A stretch of 64,000 nt of DNA, taken from positions 22,630,001 through 22,694,000 of the forward strand of contig NC_043015.1 of NCBI RefSeq assembly GCF_006345805.1. The letters are read 5' to 3'. This DNA is from Octopus sinensis. Its lineage: Eukaryota. Numbering within the stretch: position 1 is the first letter of the stretch; every line of letters begins with the position of its first letter. A program made the position numbers and the translations under genes. The notes under the pieces are model-generated. The model saw nothing but the letters and a program-made list of their open reading frames with translations. It was not told the origin of the DNA and did no database searches. Below, in pieces: positions 55,906 through 64,000 of the stretch.

Positions 55906-57252
55906 GGTACTGTTCCCGTATCTCTCTGTGTTTATGTGTTCACCCACGTTGCTGCCATCGTGGTTGTTGTTGTTCTTATGGTCATCGTATTCAACACTGT
56001 TGTTGTTGTCGTTGTTAATTGTATCGTTCATACTATTGTGACCGTCTGTGAAGTTACTGCATGTGTGTTTGTTTGTGTATATGGGTTCAGCATACACAGC
56101 GAACAATATGTCTTAAACCGGGTGAGGTGGGTGAAATAAAGAAAACCTTTCTCAGAATTTTCTCCTCTTCCTCTAATACATATCATTAGCTATGGCAATA
56201 CTATCCTCTCATCATTGCATAATTTCAATCCTTTTTAGTGAATTAAATTTACTGATAGTAACTGAATTAAATATGTTGAAAATAAGACAATAACGTTTGA
56301 TGCTGATGTTTTCTCTTAGTAATGAATCTGAGTGATTTAGCTTTCACCATTATTAAACACTGACGTAGATTAATTTATAGTGAAATAAATGCTCACCATA
56401 AAAAAACAAGCCACAACAACATATTTATGACGTTATAAATAGCTTCAGGATTTTTTAACTTATAACCAATGAATTAATTTCTATTCTATTATTGGAAAAA
56501 CTAGATACTTGAAAGGTCATGAGACATACTCGGAGTGGTCAAATCAATTGCGTTTCAAATTTCAACCAACAAACTTCGAGTGCGACATATCGAAGACAAG
56601 ACTCTGTGCTGACGGTATTTTTACAACTCTGTGCAGTGCCATACTACACTGGTTTACAGCTAAGCATAAAGAAGTGATATGAGGAATAACACACACACAC
56701 AAACACACACGCATACACACATATTGTTGTATTTCAGGATGCTCATATTTTTAGTTTTGTGGTGGTGGTGTGGTGGGGAGAAATAAACACACGCACTATA
56801 TATTGGTTCTTCACTCGGTTATACTAACTCGTGTACACACCTCTTCATCCACACATTCAGTCTCCGTGTGTGATCTTGCTCCACTTATTTCATTCTGTTC
56901 TTCTATGTTGTGCATCTTGATATGGTCAAGCATTTCTGTCTGTGTGTGCATACATGTGTACGTGTGTGCGTTTGTGTGTGCGTGTGTGAATGTGTAATTG
57001 TAATTAGTAGTACGATGACATTGCCCGCAGTCCACTCCCCTCCCTTGTTGCCTCTGCTGCTGTCCTAGGACCCGAAATGTGGTACATTTCCTGTATCTCT
57101 CTGTGTTTGTGTGTTCATCCACGCTGCTGCCATCGTGGTTGTTGTTGCTGTTGTTGTTGCAATTGCCATCGTAGTCATCACCGCTTTTGTCGGTGGTAGT
57201 CGTACTGTTGATGCTATTGTAACTGTCTGTGAAGTTGCTATATGTGTGTTTG
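55906..57252. repeat. Diverged ~170-bp direct duplication (55906-56075 vs 57081-57252)
   Basis: Shared 'tggtac...gtatctctctgtgttt.tgtgttca.ccacg.tgctgccatcgtggttgttgttg...gtctgtgaagtt.ct...tgtgtgtttgt'. Confidence 0.8.
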
Positions 57253-58139
57253 TATCCGTTCTCATTATATAGATTTTATATATTTATTTATATATTATCT
57301 ATCTCTATTTGTTATACTAATCACAGGTATGTAATGATTATATTTATTTATATGTCATCTATCTATATATTTCTTACATTTATTACAGGGATTTGCATTT
57401 ATGTCTATTGTGTATATTTTCATTATTCTTTATTTTGTTTTTCTTTTTTCCACTCTCTTCTCCTCTCTTCTGTCTTTAGTCGTCAAGTTGTGTGGTGTGG
57501 TGGCAGATGTTATTGTGCCATTCGTGTTTTCTGTTGAGGCTCGGCCTGATTATTGCTATGCGTGCAGCTTCTGTGATCTGTCGAAGTGTCGCAAGAGTCC
57601 TATGAGTCGATAATACCTTAACCTATATTCTATTAATCGAGCCTCTATATTCTGCTTCAGCGTGTTTTGTTTCTGAAAATGCTTTGAGAAGAACATTCAG
57701 TAAGACTAATCTACGTATTAAAGTAATACAGAGGGCTGGTGTCCCTATAAAATCTCTGATCTACAGTACTTATATCTTTTGAACTCCCCATGTAGAGAGA
57801 ACAATTGTACTGAATGTTGGATGAACCCAAGGGTTAAGTTTAAGGTTAGCAATATAGTATATAGCTTGTGATGTACTAAGGGACGGTGAAAAAGCGTAAC
57901 AACTATTTACATTGGTGAAACTGCACGCAACATAATGGTGCGTATAGGTGACACTGGTGTTGAACTCAAAGAAGAGAAAGCTTCGCCGCCAGTGCTCTAC
58001 CAACAATGTTTCAATAAATAAATCTGTATATAAAAGCCACAGATGTCTGACGAATAAGAAGAGTAATAAACAAGTGAATAACAAATATAGTGTCTGTATT
58101 TCGACACACGATTTCACATCAGGAACCTTGCAATACAGA

Positions 58140-58160
58140 TCTCTCGCTCTCTGTTTCTCT

Positions 58161-58220
<60 letters not shown>

Positions 58221-58228
58221 AATATATA

Positions 58229-58310
<82 letters not shown>

Positions 58311-58352
58311 AGATACATATATTATATATATCACTGTCACACACACACAGAT

Positions 58353-58444
<92 letters not shown>

Positions 58445-58465
58445 TATATATATATATATATATAA
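58140..58465. repeat. (CT)n-(TA)n compound microsatellite
   Basis: Read directly. Confidence 0.95.
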
Positions 58466-58739
58466 GCTGTCTTCTACATAAATTCCTTATATGGAGCTAT
58501 GACATCCCCTTTACTCCATTTCAATAACTAGAAAATCTTTATTGTCTCTTTTCATTTGTTCTTCCCTCTCAGATCCTTACAGTAGTCTGGAACAACTAAA
58601 TCTTACTCAGTCAGTTGATGGGCTCCACTACCTCAAATGTTCTTAAAATTTAAATCCACATCTTTGTCTATGTATCTACCTTCTCTATAATGTTGCCACT
58701 TGATACGAAGATTTTTGTATTAATGGAAAACCTCTATAA

Positions 58740-58825
58740 TTGGCTGATGAGTGCTCAGCGTTTTAAAACTGTTGTAATACTTACAACATTTAATAAAATG
58801 ATGTAGTACGAAACGATCATACCAA
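58740..58825 (+). ncRNA. Type I hammerhead motif with long stem II, one stem III substitution
   Basis: UUGG-CUGAUGA(58744-58750)-GUGCU...AGUAC-GAAAC(58810-58814)-GAUC-AUA-CCAA. Stem I UUGG/CCAA; inner hairpin GUUGUAA/UUACAAC. Confidence 0.7.
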
Positions 58826-59249
58826 ATTACCGGAGTCATTCTTGTTGCTTATTTTGATTATGATCACCCCGCGGAATTTTATGGATAACACCATACGGAA
58901 TTCTGGTGCATCTAAATTAAGTACCATATTCATTTGAATCTAAATTTTTGCAGAACTTATATATATATATGGCTAATGAAAGACAGAAGTTGGAATATAC
59001 GAGAATTTATTATTGTTTCGACACATGTAGCATCGATTCCTCGTTCGTGGGACACTCAACAACTCTTCCGCAATGTAACTTCCACTTTTATACAAATTAA
59101 AGCAGCCAGACGGAGGGCATATTTTCATTTGTATAGAAGATGAAAAATAAAATTGCAGATCTTAAAAAGAAATACGAACACGCAATCCAGAGAGAAAAGT
59201 ATTTAAAATATAGATAAATAAATATATCGAGAGAAAGATAGATAGAAAG

Positions 59250-59760
<511 letters not shown>

Positions 59761-60073
59761 AACGAGAACGTGGGATGGAGGTAGATATAATTCCTCCTCA
59801 TCTCTTAAATATAGTACTGTAATATATATAATTTCTTTAACCATACAATCTACCTCCCTATCCACTCAACTTGATCCCTCTTATACACAATATTTATCTG
59901 TGGAATCGATCCCCTGGAAATACTTCGGAGTCAAAGTTTGAATCAATTTGAGTAGTACCAAGTGTCTTCTAGATTTTGAATTTCTGGATCTCATCTATGG
60001 AAATATATATATATATATATATATAAACACACACACGTATATATTTGTATATATATATTTGTGTGTATATGTT

Positions 60074-60138
<65 letters not shown>

Positions 60139-60890
60139 TATAGAGATATATATTAGATATAGAGATATATATGTATATGTATATATAGATAGGTGTATTT
60201 AACGTGGCCTCACTTTGCCAAAACAGTCAAATACAATACAACACGATCATTAAGAAAACGCACGCAAAGTAATTTTCATCTGGAATATTTGTCTCAATTT
60301 CATAATAATAGTTAATGGGAAATTTTATATTAATTTAATTTAGAAGAGATGGATGAAGAGAAGGAAACAGGTTTCAGCGTGCTATTCGTTCAGCAATGAC
60401 ACCCACTTGAGAAACACGTTAAGATTTTAAATAAACAGCACGGGAATTTCTTTTAAAATATTAGATTATTTCTGTCGGAAGGAAATATTATTCTGTTTTC
60501 ATAGAAATAACCAATTAAGAGATAACATGCTTTTACGATTTCCAAGCTAAATTAGAATTCGCTGTGTTGTGATACTTGTTCTCTTGTTATATATTTCTTG
60601 ATAGCACTTAAGACGACGCTTGGGAAGTGAAGCCACACGTTGTGTAACTGCGTTTTCTATAATACAGAACACGAAATGGAATTAATATAATCCAACGCTA
60701 ATTACCAGACGAATATCATAAACAAATGAACGTATAATTTCTCGAGTAACAGCAAAGTACGATTCGCGTATGATTTGCTTTTGGTTCAACTTTATGTACG
60801 GAAATTTAGGCAAAGGTCGTGACGATGGATCATGTCAAATATTTCTTTCGCAAGAAACAATAACTTACCAGATGGATTGCTCTTGTAAAG

Positions 60891-62605
60891 TGTTGTAGGG
60901 AAGTAGTAATAATGGTACCCCCCCCCACATGACGAGTGGGGGGGGGTGTACCAGTAACAGTAAGATCACGTCGGCCAGTATCGAGAATATGTAGAGTACG
61001 AGAGTACGTGTAGACTGTGTTGATAGTCGTGTCTGTGCTGATAGTAATTACACGGTGATACAGAGTGGATGTCATAAAGACACAACCTTTTGAGAAAAAT
61101 AACACTGTACGACTGTCGTACAGTGCCAGATAGAAACATTCTATCGATGACTTCGGACTATAACAATATCTGTCAGTGCGACAACCGTCGTACACATACA
61201 GATACAATAGTGGCAAAAGACCACCTTATAGTAGTGTTGACGCGGATAAGCCAGTTCACATGGAATCAATAGACCCTGGAAGAGGAGTTAATAATCTCAA
61301 GAAGTTAGTGTATAAATTTTACGAAAAAACGCAAAACTACGGAAAATTTGTTGGCAGGTTTGTTCAAGTTGCAATGACAACAACAGCAGCTGAAAGAACA
61401 ACAGCAGGTACAACTCCAAGAACAATAACACAAGCAACAACAAGTGCTGCAATTACCGAAATCATCACGAAAGCCAGAAAAACTGTTATCGCCAGACTAT
61501 GTCATGAATTCAATAACTGAAATCAAATACGAACCTGACGAAGCAATCTTCGAGAAAAAATATAAAGATTGGGACGACGAGATGAAAAACACGTTTAATC
61601 TTGAGTAAACTGGCGCCAGGAGAAGATGGACAAGACAGTAATTTTGCACTCTTAAGAAAACCGTCCTACTTCAATGACACAATAGATATATTGTGAGAAA
61701 CGTTCATTATTCAGCATACGGCGGGAGTGTCTGAACATAGAGGAAAATAGTAATTACGACTACATCACATGCTGATAGAGTAAACACGGATTGCGAGAAG
61801 TTTAAACTAGATAAATTAAATCCAAATTGTTCGGATGCCTGATTTTTGCGTAGGGTCTAACTGCTGAAAATATGTCAGAAGTAGAATTCTTGCAAAGCTG
61901 GAGAAAAACTAGGACGTAACCCTGCAAAATGTGTCTGAAAGTTGTAAAAGATTATTCAAATTAAGACGCAATAGAGAAGAAATTGAATGTAAAGATTGTT
62001 TTCAAGTAAACAAGGGCGGGATAGTCTGATCAGAGAAAAAGCATTTTCTAAAAAACACACAAAAAGAAAGACATCAAGCTATAATACCATGTTTTGCATA
62101 TGGTGGCATGTACCTAAAGAAAAGTTGGTCCCTTAAAAAGTGAAGTGTTTTTGCTGTGGAATTATAGGGCATATAGATATCGCCCCGCAGGACGATCATA
62201 AAATGTCAGATCAATGAGAGAAAAGTAAATAGTCTGTTATGGAAAAAAAGTTAATATAATTAAGAGAAAATTCGTAAATGCGAAAATGAAAATACAGGTG
62301 TAACATTGAAGTTTGGCACAGGTAGCGACATGACTATTATAGACGAAAAAATATGGAATCATCGTAAAGCCGAAATTAATGAAATCTAGAAATATAGCAC
62401 AAGGTGCTACGGGAAAAACTTATTTTATCGGCGAATGCGTATGTAACGCAACATTTCGAGGTCAAACGAAAAAGGCTAAGATATATGTATTAAAACATTC
62501 ACTTAATTTATTTGGCAGAGAGTGGCTACAACTATTTAATTTATGGGAAACACTTATAAATGTTTTGTGTAGAAATATAGTGACACCGCTAGAAAAAACT
62601 GCCGC
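60891..62605 (+). mobile_element. Gypsy-type LTR retrotransposon remnant (putative LTR, gag with CCHC knuckle, aspartic protease)
   Basis: gag-like DYVMNSITEIKYEPDEA (~61495), knuckle CFCCGIIGH (~62148), protease-like KFGTGSDMTIID (~62310) and GATGKTYFIGE...LNLFGREWLQLFNLW. The LTR boundary (tgttgtag at 60891) is a guess. Confidence 0.75.
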
Positions 62606-62616
62606 TTTTTTCTAGC

Positions 62617-63010
62617 AGTGTCATATGAAATTGTCACCCATATTTATGACCCTAGAATCGATCAATTGCATTTCAATCTATTTTAGATTTAAGGTTAGTT
62701 AGGGTTAGGGGTAGGAGAAGGGTATTTTAATTTCTTCACAAATGTAAATAAACCCAATGTGTTTCTTAAACGAGGGACATATTCATACGGCACAGAATGC
62801 TTTTTAACTCAATAGACGCCAGTGATTGGTTGAAATTGCCGAAATGCAAGAAATTAAAGACCAAATATCTTACAAACTAAAGAATTTTCTCAATAAAGCC
62901 AAGAGAAAATGATGTTTTATAAACTCATTCTACCAGTATACGAAGTTTAAAATTTTTTAGTTAACTAGAAATTATGTTAAAAACTGCCGCACAAACCGAA
63001 AAAATCCTAT
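62617..63010. mobile_element. Non-autonomous element truncating the Gypsy protease, with a (TTAGGG)-like patch (Helentron/MITE-like)
   Basis: The ORF stops abruptly at an 18-bp hairpin; 'taaggttagttagggttaggggtagg' lies at ~62689-62714. Family assignment is uncertain. Confidence 0.35.
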
Positions 63011-63146
63011 CTTTTTACCATATTGTTCAGCTCTCATTGAATTTGAGAATTGCATTGACGCGTCAGTGTTTGTCACCATTCGCCAAATTTCCAAGTGATT
63101 GAAATCTACAGGCTCCGAGGAAAAGCTTGTTTAGGTAGAGAATAGA

Positions 63147-63147
<1 letters not shown>

Positions 63148-63211
<64 letters not shown>
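63148..63211. repeat. (TA)n microsatellite
   Basis: Perfect TA run. Confidence 0.95.
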
Positions 63212-63213
<2 letters not shown>

Positions 63214-64000
63214 CCATTATCATTTCACGAAACTCATTACTTCAGTAAGCGGTCAAGTATTGTGTGGTCAATGCTGTACAGCTTTGTTGAAATCTTGGCA
63301 AATGTGACATGAAACCTTTCCATTTGCCATGAGCTCGAAAATGATCTGACGATGATAAGTGCGCAAAAAGGTTAATAAGTGAACATCCAATACCTTATTA
63401 ATCCGTTGTAGAGTGCAAATAGGTTTGCACTTATTCGTGAATCTTTCATATCAGTTTTACTCTCCACATGCATAAACGGGGTTATGAAAAGAATCACGAA
63501 CTAGTTTATGTGTTCCTTCAATAACAAATAACGCAAACATAGCTATCGATACAAAATGCGCATAAATGTAGGTTTCACTGTGTGTTTAAGGCGTTCATTT
63601 CGCAACCACGCTGTCCAGGTTTCAGACTCACGGTACAGTGTCTTCGGAATATGATTTGTCCTATAAACGCGAACCGAATATTACCTTCCGAGGGAATTTA
63701 GTAAATGGAAATGTTATCAACACATCATACTTACATATATACATGGACATACATGCCTATCTATCTATCTATCTATCTATCTCGGTGTGTGGGAGTGAGG
63801 TACGTATGTGCTTTATTTTAATTCATTTTTTACACCATTTTAGCAATTCATAAGAACAGGCAGTTACAAAGATTATGCACGAAAACTGTAAAGAAAAGAA
63901 GAATCTGGTGCAATATTCTATGAGATTATAGGCATCTAAACTGGGTTTAAATACAGCAAATATTCTGAATAGGAAAATTAATCAAAAGATGCTGGAGTTT

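Noticed and set aside
58044-58083. TGT-CTGACGA...TAAAC...TA-ACA, hammerhead-like spacing; similar 'CGAGTAACAG' ends at ~23410-23424 and ~60741-60752
   Set aside because: Core GAAAC or CUGA is missing and stems are not recoverable; possible relics of the 35.8-kb family but not supportable here.
62689-62714. TTAGGG-like repeats as interstitial telomere
   Set aside because: Only about 3 degenerate units inside a repeat element.

Overview
AT-rich, microsatellite- and transposon-dense eukaryotic DNA. The SINE families and repeat load resemble an Octopus/cephalopod genome (inference from recalled repeat families; no search was run). I find no supportable host-gene exon, rRNA, tRNA gene or CRISPR array. 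Most long ORFs in the track are translations of simple repeats. Recognisable content is mobile-element debris: a near full-length but disrupted Penelope-like retroelement (RT + GIY-YIG, about 32.4-35.85 kb), a Gypsy LTR remnant, R4/Dong-like LINE fragments, a mariner-derived MITE, a D37D Tc1/mariner remnant, and many tRNA-derived SINEs (two with perfect TSDs). Several hammerhead-ribozyme-like motifs sit in Penelope-type pseudo-LTRs. The main finding is at 47230-47334 (-), repeated at 47959-48060 (-): a complete hammerhead core with three 6-bp stems whose strands are in a non-circularly permuted (pseudoknotted) order, enclosed by a 14-bp helix. It lies in a tandemly duplicated, apparently young element that could release an RNA of about 726 nt.
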